Below, one piece after another: positions 24,119 to 36,866 of a stretch of DNA of 64,000 nt (its first letter is position 1; the number at the start of each line of letters is the position of its first letter). Where the stretch lies: positions 9,238,001-9,302,000 of the forward strand of contig NW_027361743.1 of the NCBI RefSeq assembly GCF_039654945.1. The letters are read 5' to 3'. A program made the translations under genes and the position numbers. The notes under the pieces were generated by a model, which searched no databases, had not been told where the DNA came from, and saw only the letters and a list, made by a program, of their open reading frames with translations. The stretch is from Dendrobates tinctorius (Eukaryota).

Positions 24119-26427
24119 AGACTATAATGACTACAATACCATCTCCTATGCACTAATTGTTTTTCTTTCACATTTACCGCAATTTTCCAGCAGAGGGCGC
24201 ATAGAGAACGAAGTAAAGCTACTGGTAACTTGGGCAAAGTTTGGTTTGTTCTTTTTTCTCTGCTAGTGACATTATATCTTTCTCTTCCATGACATTTAGG
24301 AAAAAGAGGGGGTAGCTGGTGCCAGGTATCCATGTTCTGTGTTTTTATGTTCAAGGAATTAGTTTTTTTTTTAATTTTTGCTCAAAGGGGTAAATAAAAA
24401 TGACTTCTTAATTTTTCATTTTTCTCCTTCTCCCATGACGGCACCATGGCGAGAGGGGATACCCCCTTCAAGGACAGAAAACCTACAGATAAAAAGGGTG
24501 GTACCTCTCTCCCGCATCAGTTGGTTTCTTGTCCTTGCCAGGGAACCTACAGTCGGCGTACCTGTAAAGTAGAAGAGAGGAACCGTCATGAGATGCCAGG
24601 CCCAGCCAGACTGATTCAGGCAGTGGGAGTTCCCTGCCTTGGCTGGCGCGGTGTCCTGAGGTGCCATCGCTGGGGTCAGTGGACCTTTAGGGTGTGTGAG
24701 GAGAGGCAGCAGAGAAGATGAATCATCGCTGTGGATGTGCTGCCCCTCCTTGGATCCTAACCGCCTGTTGCAGGCTGCCCGGGCCTGTGCTGGTGAGAAG
24801 TGCGCACCAAAACTACTGGGTTACAGTGTGCATGCGGCACGCCCCTATTACTGGGAATCCGGTTGGTGCATGCGCGCGTCCTCTTCCGGTGCAGTGAGTG
24901 CGTGTGTCCCTATGGGAAGGGCATGGGCATCCAGGCAGAATTATGTAATTAAAAAAAAAAATAGGATGCCGGACATGAATCAGCCAAAGGAGTTCCTGAG
25001 GTACAGACGGGGGAGGGAGGAGTGGCAGGTGCTTATTTACCGCCAGAAAGCACTAGGAGAGTGCTTCTGATAGAGCTCTGGCAGTCTTCCCTCCAGTCAT
25101 GAGCAAACAGGAGCACCAGTAGGTAGCGACAGCTAAAGAAAAAACGGGCGAGACATCAAGAGAACCCTTCCCATCTTCACAACGTGGTAACAGTGGAAGT
25201 GGGCGTTCTGGCCGATCGTCCCAGTGCAACTTGGACTCCAGTGTGGCGTCCCAAGAGAGAACCCATCTACAAGAATGGTTCCTCCTCCTAACCCGGGAAG
25301 CAAAAGTGCGGGCAAGACCAAACAAACACAGGACTTGTGGGAGTTAGCCACTACGTGGGAAAAAAGACTCTGCAGCTCTTGTACAGAGCAAACAATCTGT
25401 GAAGAAACCCCATAGTTTGCCTCAGAGCTTAGATCCATAATAAAGTCACAGGTAGAGGATATCTTTAGGTCCCTTCAGGGTAAGGGGAAAAAACAGTGAA
25501 AGTCCAGGAACAGGTCCCCTGAGTCCGGGTCTAGCAGTTTAGAGATGAAGAGGGGGACTCGGATACGTTCGATTCATCATCTTCATCCGGGTCAGAGGCG
25601 GTCGTAGCAGTTTCCCTTTATAGGAAACAGCCTTGTTAAAGTAGTCAGGGCCACCATTCGGCTGGTAGACCCTCTTCCAAAAAGACCAGTTCAGGACATA
25701 ATGTTCTGCAGACTAGATAAAAAAAAGAGAAGATCTTTCCCTCTTAAGATATTTCCCTCTTAATGAGAAAATCCTGTCCCTAATTAGAAAAGAGTGGAAA
25801 AAAACAGAAAAAAGACCTTTTATCCCTAAAGAGGAAGTATCCGTTTGATGACCCGACATGTTCATTCTGGGTGAAGGTGCCAAAATTAGACTTGGCAATT
25901 GCTAAGGCTTCCAAAAAAATTTCCCTTACCTTTTGAGGACAGTGGGGTATTGAAGGATCCCATAGGCAAAAAAAAGTGGATACCTTCCTGAAGGGTTCAT
26001 GGCAGAGGTGTAGCTAGAGTTTTGGTTCAGGGGGGCGAAACTTCTGAGTGGGCCCCTAACTAGGTAACTTTGATTACAACTCGATGACGCACCCTAATAG
26101 TGGATGTAGGAGATGACTGCGCTGTTACTGAAAATAATCCCTATATAAAGACCAATATTGATATTACCGCCATATGGTCAGTGGTAAATACCAGTCCTAC
26201 AAAACATATAAGTGATTACTGCACAGTTATAGTTGGTGTCTTACCGCTGACGATCTTTCTGATGTAATCGTTCACTTTTCACGTCTTTTCCATCTGGCCC
26301 AGACCGACATGACAACTCCTCCAGCCAGGACTCTGCTACAGAGAATACAACAACGACATGTTTCACTTCTCATATTCCAGCTCCATTACCATGTATCCCC
26401 AACCTGCACAAACTCTTCATCCTGCTA

Positions 26428-27052
26428 ATACCCCAATCCTGAGCCGCTGCTGCCGTATGTGTCCCTATTACTGCACCTGATACCCCAATGCTGAGCCGCT
26501 GCTGCCGTATGTGTCCCTATTACTGCACCTGATACCCCAATGCTGAACCGCTGCTGCCGCATGTGTCCCTATTACTGCACTGGATACCCCAATACTGAGC
26601 CGCTGCTGCCATATGTGTCCCTATTACTGCACCTGATACCCCAATACTGAGCCGCTGCTGCAGTATGTATCCCTATTACTGCACCTGATACTCCAATGCT
26701 GAGCCGCAGCTGCTGCATCTGTCACTATTACTGCTCCTTATACCCCAATACTGAGCCACTGCTGCTGTATGTGTCCCTATTACTGCACTTAATACCCCAA
26801 TGCTGAGCCGCTGCTGCCGCATGTGTCCCTATTACTGCACTGGATACCCCAATACTGAGCCGCTGCTGCCGTATGTGTCCCTATTACTGCACTTGATACC
26901 CCAATGCTGAGCCGCTGCTGCCGCATGTGTCCCTATTACTGCACCTGATACCCCAATACTGAGCCGCTGCCATATGTGTCCCTATTACTGCACTTGATAC
27001 CCCAATGCTGAGCCTCTGCTGCCGTATGTGTCCCTATTACTGCCCCTGATAC
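26428..27052. repeat. 52-bp tandem repeat, ~12 copies
   Basis: Unit GATACCCCAATGCTGAGCCGCTGCTGCCGTATGTGTCCCTATTACTGCACCT. Confidence 0.95.
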
Positions 27053-27058
27053 CCCCTA

Positions 27059-27610
27059 TACACACACGGCTCCGCACCGTACACCTTGTACACACGCTGC
27101 TCTGTTCCGTACACCTTGTACACATGCAGCTCTGCTCCGTACACCTTGTACACACCTGGCTCCACTCTGTGCACTTGTACTCACGCGGCTCTGCTCCGTA
27201 CACGCTGTACACACGCGGCTCCGCTCCGTACACCTTGTACTGCTCCGTACACCTTGTACACACCTTGCTCCGCTTTGTACACCTTGTACACACCTGGCTC
27301 CGCTCTGTACACCTTGTACACACACGGCTCTGCTCCACACCCCCGTACACACGCGGCTCCGCTCCATGCATCTCGTACACATACGGCTCCGCTCCGTACA
27401 CCTTGCACACACGGCTCCCCTCCGTACACCCTGCACACACACGGCTCTGCTCCGTACACCCCATACACACACGGCTCTGCTCTGTACACCCCATACACAC
27501 GCGGCTCCGCTCCTCTGTACACCTCATACATGCATATCTCTGCTCCGTACACCTTCTACACACACGGTTCCGCTCTGTACACCTCATACACACACAGCTC
27601 TGCTACATCC
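27059..27610. repeat. ~30-bp tandem repeat
   Basis: Unit ~ACACACACGGCTCTGCTCCGTACACCTTGT; source of several low-complexity ORFs. Confidence 0.9.
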
Positions 27611-28857
27611 ACCCTGTAAAACCCCTCCTGACCCCACACAGAAACTACTTCACCTCATCCAGCACCATGACAACCAGCACAGCAGAGTCCTGCAGCCACT
27701 GAAGCCCCTGATCATGTGACCCCCCTGACTCCGCCCCTCCTGTGACCTCATCACAGGTTCTGTGCGCACGGAATAGTCCAGGACGACATTGCTGGCTGTG
27801 AGGTGGGGGCCCCCCACCACCCTCTCGGGCCCATAGCGGCTGGGCGGCAGAGTAGGGAGATTGATTCTCCCTGCTCTGCCGCAGAATGTAACTGTATGGG
27901 CGTGCTGTGCACGCCCATACAGTTACAGTAGCGTAGCTCGGTGGGCCCTCTCAGAGCCCGGGGCCACCGCCCCCTCTCTCCCCCGGTAGCTACGCTATTG
28001 GTTCATGGGAAGACGCCGGGGGTGGGTGGGAAGGGGGGATTAAAACCTGCGGTAGCTGACACTTGTACGGCCAGATCACTGCTTGTCTTGATAGACCAGA
28101 TGGAATCACAGCTAAGAGAAAAAACATCTAGGGACGCTATACGAGACTTCATCTCAGTAATGAAAGGGGCAGCTGCTTTCTTGGCTGATGCATCGGCGGA
28201 CTCAGTCAGGCTGGCAGTCAGATCAGCAGTTTTTTCTAATGCAGCGCTGCGAGCCCTCTGGCTTAATTGTTGGCCAGGAGATCTCCAAACAAAGTCAAGA
28301 TTATGCTCCTTTCCCTTTTAAAGCTAATTCTTATTCGGGCCTACGTATGATATTCTGGATAAAAGCGGGGATAATAAAAAAACACTTCCCTGCCCTGTCT
28401 TCTCCAATATCTCTTATAGGAAATCCTTTCGGAGTAGGAAATTTATCCGAAGGAAGCCCCCAGGAACCAGGATAAGTGGGAGGATAGAAGGAGAAAAAAA
28501 CAAAAGTTTTTTCTTCAACAGGGTTTTCCCAAAGGGGGGGGGGGTTATTTTTTTTTCTCCTGGCCTGAGAAAGAATAGCCAAAAGCTCTTGGAACTTAGA
28601 CCTAATGAAATGAGGTCTAAAGTTTCAATTCCAATCAACTCCCCAACCAAATTTTGTATTGACTCCCCAGATAACCTCAAACGAAGAGCAACTAGCCTTA
28701 GAGCAGGAGGTTCTTGGCCTGATAGAGAAAGAAGTCCTTCAAGAGGTCCCTTACCAGGAAAAAGGCGAAGGATTCTACTCTCTTTTTGAGGGAAAAAAAC
28801 AGATGGAACCTTCAGTACAATCAATCATAAATCTAAAGAAACTGAACAAGTTATTGA

Positions 28858-29145
28858 GGCTATAGTTTTTTGGGTGTGCGGATTTTGGAGAGAAAACCGC
28901 AGGTAAATCCGCAGGACAAAAGTCCTGCGGTTTATCTGCAGTTTTGCCTGTGGTTTTACACCTCATAATGGATGAAGTGTAAAACTGCAGCGTTTCTGCA
29001 CCAAACAATTTACATGCTGTGGTTTGTAAACCGCAGCAAAACCGCGCGGAAAAATCCGCAGCATGTGCACTGCGTTTTTTTTTTTTTCCATTAAAAATAA
29101 ATGTACTGTACAACGCAGCAGATTTCACTACGTGTGCACATACCC
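28858..29145. mobile_element. Harbinger-type MITE splitting the DIRS RT
   Basis: TGA duplicated at 28855-57 and 29146-48; TGCGG-rich; ends in GTGTGCACATACCC. Confidence 0.7.
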
Positions 29146-29483
29146 TGAAGGTTCAAACTATCAAAATGTAAACAATAAAAACATCTGTAAAAATGTTGTT
29201 TCCGGACTGTTTCATGACTGTTCTGGACGTAAAGAACGCCTGCTATCACATCCCTATCCACAGAGACTATCAGACATTCCTCAGGGTAGCAGTCCCGATA
29301 AAAGGGGTAGTAAAGCACGGCCCTCCCAATCGGTCTAGCCATAGCTCCATGGGTGTTCACCAAGATCGTGGCAGAGGTAATGGCACACTTGAGAGGGGAC
29401 AAGATATCCTAATTGTCCCATACCTTGACAATTTTCTGATAATAGGCAACTCCTTCCAGCATTGCAAGAACCAACTAGAGAAA

Positions 29484-29860
29484 GGGTACCGTTACACATA
29501 GTGATGCACCAGCGATCCCGACAACGATATGGATCGCTGGTGCATCGCTAAGTGGTCGCTAGTGAGCTGCCACACAGGCAGATCTCACCAGCGACATCGC
29601 TGGGGTCGCTACTTACCTGTCAGACGCGGAGATCCTGACGTCCTCCCGCCCGCGTCCACGCGTCGCTCGTCGGCGCCGCTGGAATCGCCCGACGAGAAAT
29701 GATCCAGGAGCTTCTCGCGCGACCAGTGATGAGCAGCGGGGGAGCCGGTCGGAGGTAAGTATCACATGTAGCGATATTGATAGCAATATCGCTGCTACGT
29801 CACAAAATCGGTGACTTTACAGCGATACTGCTAGCGATATCGCAGTGTGTAACTGGGGCT
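29484..29860. mobile_element. Harbinger-type MITE (CAGCGA-rich family) in the DIRS RT
   Basis: GGGTACCGTTACACA...TGTGTAACTGGGGCT; the RT reading frame resumes after it; related to 35278-35915. Confidence 0.7.
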
Positions 29861-29998
29861 AAAGTCATGGATTCCTTGACAAACTTAGGCTGGCTTTTCA
29901 ATCTAAAGAAATCCAAAACCGTGTTGAACCAAGTGCAGGAATATCTGGGTATCATATTAGATTAAAAAAATCAGGAGTGTCGCCTCCTGGCAGAGAAA

Positions 29999-30219
29999 GT
30001 TCAAGTCCCACCAAGGACAACATCTGAAAGGAGTTTTTATTTTCTCCCCGTGTTTGCGTGGGTTTCCTCCGGGTTCTCCGGTTTCCTCCCACATTCTAAA
30101 GACATAACTGATAGGGAATCTAGATTGTGAGCCCCATCGGGGACAGTGATGATAATGTGTGCAAACTGTAAAGCGCTGCGGAAAAAGTTAGCTCTATATA
30201 AAAATAATCCTTATTATTA
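29999..30219 (+). mobile_element. 5'-truncated V-SINE
   Basis: Close match to 17350-17560 from the B box onward. Confidence 0.85.
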
Positions 30220-30650
30220 ATCCAGAAATGTCAGTGGCTGGATGAAAGATGCAAGAGTCTGTCTGGATTCCAGAAACTCACTCAGCTTTTATACGCACAC
30301 ACTGATTACAAGGAAACAGGTCACAGGTGAGGATTTTGCCTTTAGTAGCCAGTCAAACCCATTTTGTGTAAACTTTTGATCAGGGTCATTTGGATGTTTT
30401 GGGTTGTCATTATGATTTAAAAAGAGAAAACACAGTAGTTTGACAATAAATGGCTTCACCCAACCACTAACCATGAATGGAGAAAAAGTTTTGTTGCAAA
30501 AATTCTGCCAGGGTGTGTAAACTTTTAAGCACAACTGTATGTCTCCTACTCAGCAGTGGTCTGTGATATACACGGACTATTGGTTATATATGACCGCGCT
30601 GGTGACAATTTCGCCGTCTCTCATTGTTCTCACCTCTTTTTTACTCTCAG

Positions 30651-30783
30651 CGATGACGAGGACACGTTTAAGATCCTTGTGGCGACGGACATTCACCTCG
30701 GTTACATGGAAAAAGACGCCGTGAGAGGAAACGACAGTTTTGTGACTTTCGATGAGATACTGCGGTTCGCTCAGGATAATGAA
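30651..30783 (+). CDS. MRE11: MRE11 coding exon 2 (phosphoesterase motif I, DIHLG)
   Basis: ttactctcag acceptor; [44 protein letters not shown]; GTAAGT donor; 133 nt. Confidence 0.97.
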
Positions 30784-31289
30784 GTAAGTGTTGGGTAATT
30801 GGCTTTTCTTATGAATGGGACCCCCGCGGAGAAGCCGTCTCTCCTGTCACTGCTGTCAGCCATTATTGCTTTAGATAAAGAGAAGAGAGTCTGATACTCC
30901 AAGAACACAAGTGGCTCTCGCTTCATTATCTGTATAACGAGCTGTGATCCCGGCTGCCCGGACTAGCGAGTGGGAAGGATGTGAGACGGGAGATCATTTG
31001 ATTTTAGGTTGAAAATCCTCTTCTCATTCATTTCCTAATGTCTCAATGTACCGCGACGTAACAATACAACAGATGGAGTCTGAAATACTCATATGATAGA
31101 GTCTGATCATGGCTCTGCACAAGCAGCGGTAGAGGGATAATATCGGCGGGGCGAGTGTCTCTAAAGGTGGGGACTGGGCAATGACTTGATCTTTGGGACT
31201 TGGCATTAGCGTGGAAACATCCTGCAACTTAATTATGGTCACCAGGGCTGTCTCTTGTAAACATATGTTAAGGTATATGCCATAAGGGC

Positions 31290-31675
31290 GAGGGGTGCTG
31301 CATTTATGGGGTCAGATGAGCTGGGGTGCTGCAGTTATGGGGTCAGATTGGTTTGGGTGCTGCAGTTATGGTGTCAGATGACATGGGGTGTTTCAGTTAT
31401 GTGGTTAGATTGGAATGGATGCTGCAGTTATGTGGTCAGATGGGTTGAGTGCTGCATTTATGGGGTCGGGTCACATGGGCTGGGGTGTTGCATTTATGGG
31501 GTCAGATGGGCTGGGGTGCTGAAGTTATGGAGTTAGATGGGCTGGAGATGCTGCAGTTCTGGAGTCTTAGCTGGGGATGCTGCAGTTCTGGAGTCTTAGC
31601 TGGGGATGCTGCAGTTCTGGGGTCTTAGCTGGGGATGCTGCAGTACTGGGGTCTTTTCATCTGGGGATGCTGCTG
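31290..31675. repeat. ~30/28-bp minisatellite
   Basis: Unit ~CTGGGGTGCTGCAGTTATGGGGTCAGATGG. Confidence 0.85.
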
Positions 31676-32333
31676 TATCCCTGATGTGTAGTGGGTTGGT
31701 ATATACTGTGTGTTCCTGATGTGTAGTGGGTTGGTATTTGTACTCCTGGTGTGTAGTGGGTTGTATTTGTATCCCTGGTGTGTAGTGGGTTAGTATTTAT
31801 GTTCCTGGTGTGTGGTTTGTTGGTATTTGTACCGCTCGTGTGTAGTGGGTTGATATTTGTATCCCTGGTGTGTAGTAGGTTGGTATTTATACCCCTGGTG
31901 TTTAGTGGGTTGGTATTTATATTTCCTGTTGTGTAGTAGGTTAGTATTTATGTTCCTGGTGTGTAGTGGGTTGTATTTGTATCCCTGCTGTGTAGTGGGT
32001 TGTATTTGTATCCCTGCTATGTAGTGGGATAGTATTTATGTTCTTGGTGTGTAGTGGGTTGTATTTGTATCTCTGGTGTGTAGTGGGTTGTATTTTTATC
32101 TCTGGTGTGTAGTGGGTTGTATTTGTATCCCTGCTGTGTAGTGGGATAGTATTTATGTTCCTGGTGTGTAGTGGGATAGTAATTGTATCCCTGCTGTGTA
32201 GTGGGATAGTATTTATGTTCCTGGTGTGTAGTGGGTTAGTATTTATGTTCCTAGTGTGTAGTGGGTTGTATTTGTATCTCTGGGGTGTAGTGGGTTGTAT
32301 TTGTATCCCTGGTGTGTAGTGGGATAGTATTTA

Positions 32334-34009
32334 CAGCCATATGTTAAAGTTTGGGCACCCCTATTAATGTTAACCTTTTTTCTTTATAACAATTTTGGTT
32401 TTTGCAACAGCTATTTCAGTTTCATATATCTAATAACTGATGGACTCAGTAATATTTCTGGATTCAAATGAGGTTTATTGTACTAACAGAAAATGTGCAA
32501 TCTGCATTTAAACAAAATTTGACTGGTGCAAAAGTATGGGCACCCTTATCATTTTCTTGCTTTGAACACTCCTAACTACTTTTTACTGACTTCCTGAAGC
32601 ACTATATTGGTTTTGTAACCTCATTGAGCTTTGAACTTCATAGCCAGGTGTATCAAATCATGAGAAAAGGTATTTAAGGTGGCCACTTGCAAGTAGTTCT
32701 CCTATTTGATTCTCCTATGAAGAGTGGCATCATGGGCTCCTCAAAACAACTGTCAAATGATCTGAAAACAAAGATTATTCAACATAGCTTGTCAGGGGAA
32801 GGATACAAAAAGTTGTCTCAGAGATTTAACCTGTCAGTTTCCACTGTGGGGAACATAGTTAGGAAATGGAAGAACACAGGCACAGTTCTTGTTAAGCCCA
32901 GAAGTGGCAGGCCAAGAAAAATATCAGAAAGGCAGAGAAGAAGAATGGTGAGAACAGTCAAGGACAATCCACAGACCACCTCCAAAGACCTGCAGCATCA
33001 TCTTGCTGCAGATGGTGTCACTGTGCATCGGTCAACAATACAGCGCACTTTGCACCGGTCAACAATACAGCGCACTTTGCACAAGGAGAAGCTGTATGGG
33101 AGAGTGATGCGAAAGAAGCCGTTTCTGCAAGCACGCCACAAACAGAGTCGCCTGAGGTATGCAAAAGCACATTGGGACAAGCCAGTTACATTTTGGAAGA
33201 AGGTCCTGTGGACTGATGAAACAAAGATTGAGTTGTTTGGTCATACAAAAAGGCGTTATGCATGGAGGCTAGAAAACACAGCATTCCAAGAAAAACACTT
33301 GCTACCCACAGTAAAATTTGGTGGAGGTTCCATCATGCTTTGGGGCTGTGTGGCCAATGCTGGCACCAGGAATCTTGTTAAAGTTGAGGGTCGCATGGAT
33401 TCAACTCAGTATCAGCAGATTCTTGACAATAATGTGCAAGAATCAGTGACAAAGTTGAAGTTACGCAGGGGATGGATATTTCAGCAAGACAATGATCCAA
33501 AACACCGCTCCAAATCTACTCAGGCATTCATGCAGAGGAACAATTACAATGCTCTGGAATGGCCATCCCAGTCCCCAGACCTGAATATCATTGAACATCT
33601 GTGGGATGATTTGAAGCGGGCTGTCCATGCTCGGCGACCATCAAACTTAACTGAACTGGAATTGTTTTATAAACAGGAATGGTCACAAATACCTTCATCC
33701 AGGATCCAGGAACTCATTAATAGCTACAGGAAGCGACTAGAGGCTGTTATTTTTGCAAAAGGAGGATCTACGAAATATTAATGTCACTTTTATGTTGAGA
33801 TGCCCATACTTTTGCACCGGTCAAATTTTGTTTAAATGCAGATTGCACATTTTCTGTTAGTACAATAAACCTCATTTGAATCCAGAAATATAACTGAGTC
33901 CATCAGTTATTAGATATATGAAACTGAAATAGCTGTTGCAAAAACCAAAATTGTTATAAAGAAAAAAGGTTAACATTAATAGGGGTGCCCAAACTTTAAC
34001 ATATGACTG
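32334..34009 (+). mobile_element. Full-length Tc1 (IR/DR type) transposon
   Basis: TA TSD; ~210-bp near-identical TIRs (CAG(C/T)CATATGTTAAAGTTTGGGCACCCC...) with an inner direct repeat AAAGTATGGGCA. Confidence 0.96.
32732..33781 (+). CDS. Tc1 transposase (DD34E), 349 aa, uninterrupted
   Basis: Paired-like HTH, GRPRK, WTDETK, FQQDNDPKH and SPDLNIIE with 34 residues between the second D and E; likely start MGSSKQLS at 32732. Confidence 0.93.
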   Translation: MGSSKQLSNDLKTKIIQHSLSGEGYKKLSQRFNLSVSTVGNIVRKWKNTGTVLVKPRSGRPRKISERQRRRMVRTVKDNPQTTSKDLQHHLAADGVTVHRSTIQRTLHRSTIQRTLHKEKLYGRVMRKKPFLQARHKQSRLRYAKAHWDKPVTFWKKVLWTDETKIELFGHTKRRYAWRLENTAFQEKHLLPTVKFGGGSIMLWGCVANAGTRNLVKVEGRMDSTQYQQILDNNVQESVTKLKLRRGWIFQQDNDPKHRSKSTQAFMQRNNYNALEWPSQSPDLNIIEHLWDDLKRAVHARRPSNLTELELFYKQEWSQIPSSRIQELINSYRKRLEAVIFAKGGSTKY

Positions 34010-35277
34010 TATGTTCCTGGTGTGTAGTGGGATATTATTTGTATCCCTGGTGTGTAGTGGGATAGTATTTATGTTCCTGGTGTGTAGTGGGTTGTATTTG
34101 TATCTCTGGTGTGTAGTGGTTTGCACCCCATTTTATAGAATATGATGCAAAAAAAAATAAAACTTAATGAATACCACAAGTCAAAAAAAAGCGATTTAGA
34201 GAAAAAAAAATCCCATTTGATGACTTGAGCCCATTGATTTCACCGTGTAATGCTCTGAAAATAGGCAAAATAATTCCACAAAAAGCGATATGGTGAAAAA
34301 CACAAGTCATCGTTGGGTTCTTGATGCTCTGTATAATTACAATACCAAACTTACATCTTTCTTCCTTTGTTTTTTATTTTTTTAGATTTTAGTGATTAAA
34401 AAATTCTGGTTTGTGTCACCATTTTCGGGAATCCTTAAGTTATTTTAGTTCTGTTTCTCTGTTGATGGAGCTGGGTAAGGGCTTTTTTTTTTTTTTTTTT
34501 GCACAGCGAGCTGTAGTTTTTATTGTAACATTTTGGAGTACATATAATGTTTTGATCACATTTTGATTTTGTATTTATCTTTTTTCCGTACTTCATTTGC
34601 CAGTGCTGGACTTGGACTGAATTTCAACCAGGCCCATGCTGCCCCTCCATCCCCGTACACTCACTTCCCCACTTGGGGGTCTCTATTACAAATATTACCC
34701 TTCCTGACATTGCAGGAAATCAAGATTAGCTGCCAGACCAATTTTACCACTATATAAGGTGAAATAAAACTGCCACACTATGACTTGATAATAGTACCAT
34801 ATAGTGTCAGAATATTGCCATCATACTGATCCTAAAGGGGCTTCTCAACCCTGAGCACATTTTCAGCAGGCCGCGCAGCTTGTTGGGCCCTATCAGTGTG
34901 TAATATACACACCATTAGGATTTGGTTTCTCTTGCAAGATACAGTAGTCATGTGTCTGCCTGTATGCGATTTGTATACTTATGGTCACATGACGACTAGA
35001 TTATCAGTCACTCCGCTCACTGTTCTTTTGTGGTTGGTACGTGACGCATGCATATCACGTGTGGCAACCACTGGAACTGGTAACCAAACGTGATTCATAA
35101 TGGTGTGTATATTGCACACTGTTAAGATCCGGCAAGCTGTATGGCATGTCAAAAATTTATTTTAGGGGAGGATAATCTGTTTAGCAAACATGACTGTACA
35201 CAGACCTGTATTGGCATCAGTACTGTAATAAATAATACCGCCAGACCATAACCAAATAATACCAACGTATACAGTAA

Positions 35278-35915
35278 AGCTGGAGTCACACATAGCGACT
35301 TAACAGCGATCCCGACAACTATATCAATGTGTCAGGATCGCTGGTAAGTCGCTATTTGATCGCTGGTGAGCTGTCACACAGACAGCTTCACCAGTGATTA
35401 GGACGCCAAGGTGAGGAGCGAGCCCAGGGAGCAGCGGACAAGTGTGCCTGCTGTTCCAGTCCTCCACCAGCAGAGGGCGCGCCTGCATCCCCAGCCTCTC
35501 CTGGCGGCGTCCTGCTGCCTCCTGGTCCCCAGTGTGCGGTGGCGGCAGGTACACATTCCGCGGGCTCCTGGTCCCCAGCGTGAGGCGGCGGCGGCGGCAC
35601 CCGTAACTCGCTGGTAACTAACGTACACATCGGGTATCCAAGGGACGCCCGTCCCTTGGATACCCGATGTGTACGTTAGTTACCAGCTGATCGCTGGTCT
35701 CCCGCCTGTCACACGCAGCGATGCGTGCTGGCCAGCGGGAGATCAGTGACGAAAAAAATGTCCAGAGGTTTCTTGAAGCGATCAGCGATACCGGCAGGGG
35801 GCCGGTCGCTGATCGGTCACACACAGCGGTCTCGCTGGTGAGATTGCTGTTGTGTCACAAAACTTGTGACTCAGCAGCGATCTCGCTAGCGAGATTGCTG
35901 TGTGTGACGGGGCCC
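35278..35915. mobile_element. Harbinger-type MITE with a perfect internal hairpin (~35612-35685)
   Basis: AGCTGGAGTCACAC...GTGTGACGGGGCCC, TAA TSD. Confidence 0.75.
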
Positions 35916-36122
35916 TAAGGTGGTGCAAAGGGAGGGGATTATGATAAAGGAGATACAAGAGGCATCTTATTATATTTCTCCCTATTTTGCCTCCTTATTA
36001 TAAATCTCCCACAAAAGCAACCTTAGCCTGCCTGTGTAAGTGGTGGCGCAGGGAGCCAATGGCTTACTGCTCAGCTACAGTCGTTCACCTTTTCCTCTTC
36101 CACACATCTTGCTAGATCTTAA

Positions 36123-36493
36123 GGCTATGTGCACACGTTGCGGATTCTGCTGCGGATCCGCAGCAGTTTCTGGTGCATTGTACAGTAGCATTAAAGTAAA
36201 GGCAAAATGAAAGACGCTGTGCACATGCTGCATTTTTTTCCGCGCAGATTTGCTGCGGATTCAAAACTGCAGCATATCAATTCTTTTGTGCAGATCCTCT
36301 GCGTTTTGACACCTGCTCCATTATAGGAATCTGCAGGTGTCAAAACGCAGATGAAATCCGCACAAAAACTGCAGAAAATCCGCAGTAAATCTGCACTAAA
36401 TCCGCAGGTAAAATGCAGGTCATTTTACCTGCGGATTCAGCAAAATCTACGCAGAAAATTCCACAGCAGGATCCGCAATGTGTGCACATACCC
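36123..36493. mobile_element. Harbinger-type MITE
   Basis: GGCTATGTGCACAC...GTGTGCACATACCC, TAA TSD. Confidence 0.85.
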
Positions 36494-36520
36494 TAAAGGT
36501 GTGCAATATACACACCATTA

Positions 36521-36866
36521 GGGTATGTGCATACGGTGCGGATTCAGCTGCAGATCCCCAGCGGATTTTCCACTGCGGATCCGCTGCAGATCCGCAAGCA
36601 ATGTACAGTACAATGCTAATCAATGGATTGTAAAAACCGCAGTGCACACGCTGCAGATTTTTCCGTGTGGATTAGCTGTGGTTTTAAATCCGCAGCATGT
36701 CAATTCTTTCTGCGGATTCCGCAGCGGTTTGACACCTGTTCCATTGTACAGGTGTCAAATCTCAGGGGAAAACCGCAGGTAAAACGTAGGTCATTTTACC
36801 TGCGTATTTACCTGCAAATCCGCGCAGAGAAATCCGCAGCACAATCTGCGCCGTGTGCACTCACCC
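36521..36866. mobile_element. Harbinger-type MITE
   Basis: GGGTATGTGCATACGG...CCGTGTGCACTCACCC, TTA TSD. Confidence 0.8.

Larger units (their letters stand above)
26003..28000. mobile_element. Non-autonomous hAT element carrying two minisatellites
   Basis: Imperfect TIRs CAGAGGTGTAGCTA / TAGCTACGCTATTG; 8-bp TSD GTTCATGG (25995-26002, 28001-08). Confidence 0.85.
24420..29995 (+). mobile_element. Decayed DIRS1-like retrotransposon (gag/LAP2alpha-like and RT remnants) with nested insertions
   Basis: ORF 27941-28321 AAAFLADASADSVRL..RALWL..W.GD.QTKSRLCSFPF (vertebrate DIRS gag-like); RT remnants EKGEGFYS, IINLKKLN, LDVKNACYHIPI, IVPYLDNFL, LGWLFNLKKS, YLGIILD. Confidence 0.8.
31676..34120. repeat. 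~30-31-bp minisatellite (CCTGGTGTGTAGTGGGTTGTATTTGTAT) split by the Tc1 element
   Basis: Units at 31676-32333 and 34010-34120. Confidence 0.9.

Noticed and set aside
26985-27719. Long Cys/His/Thr-rich ORFs in several frames
   Set aside because: Artefacts of a 30-bp tandem repeat inside a hAT element.
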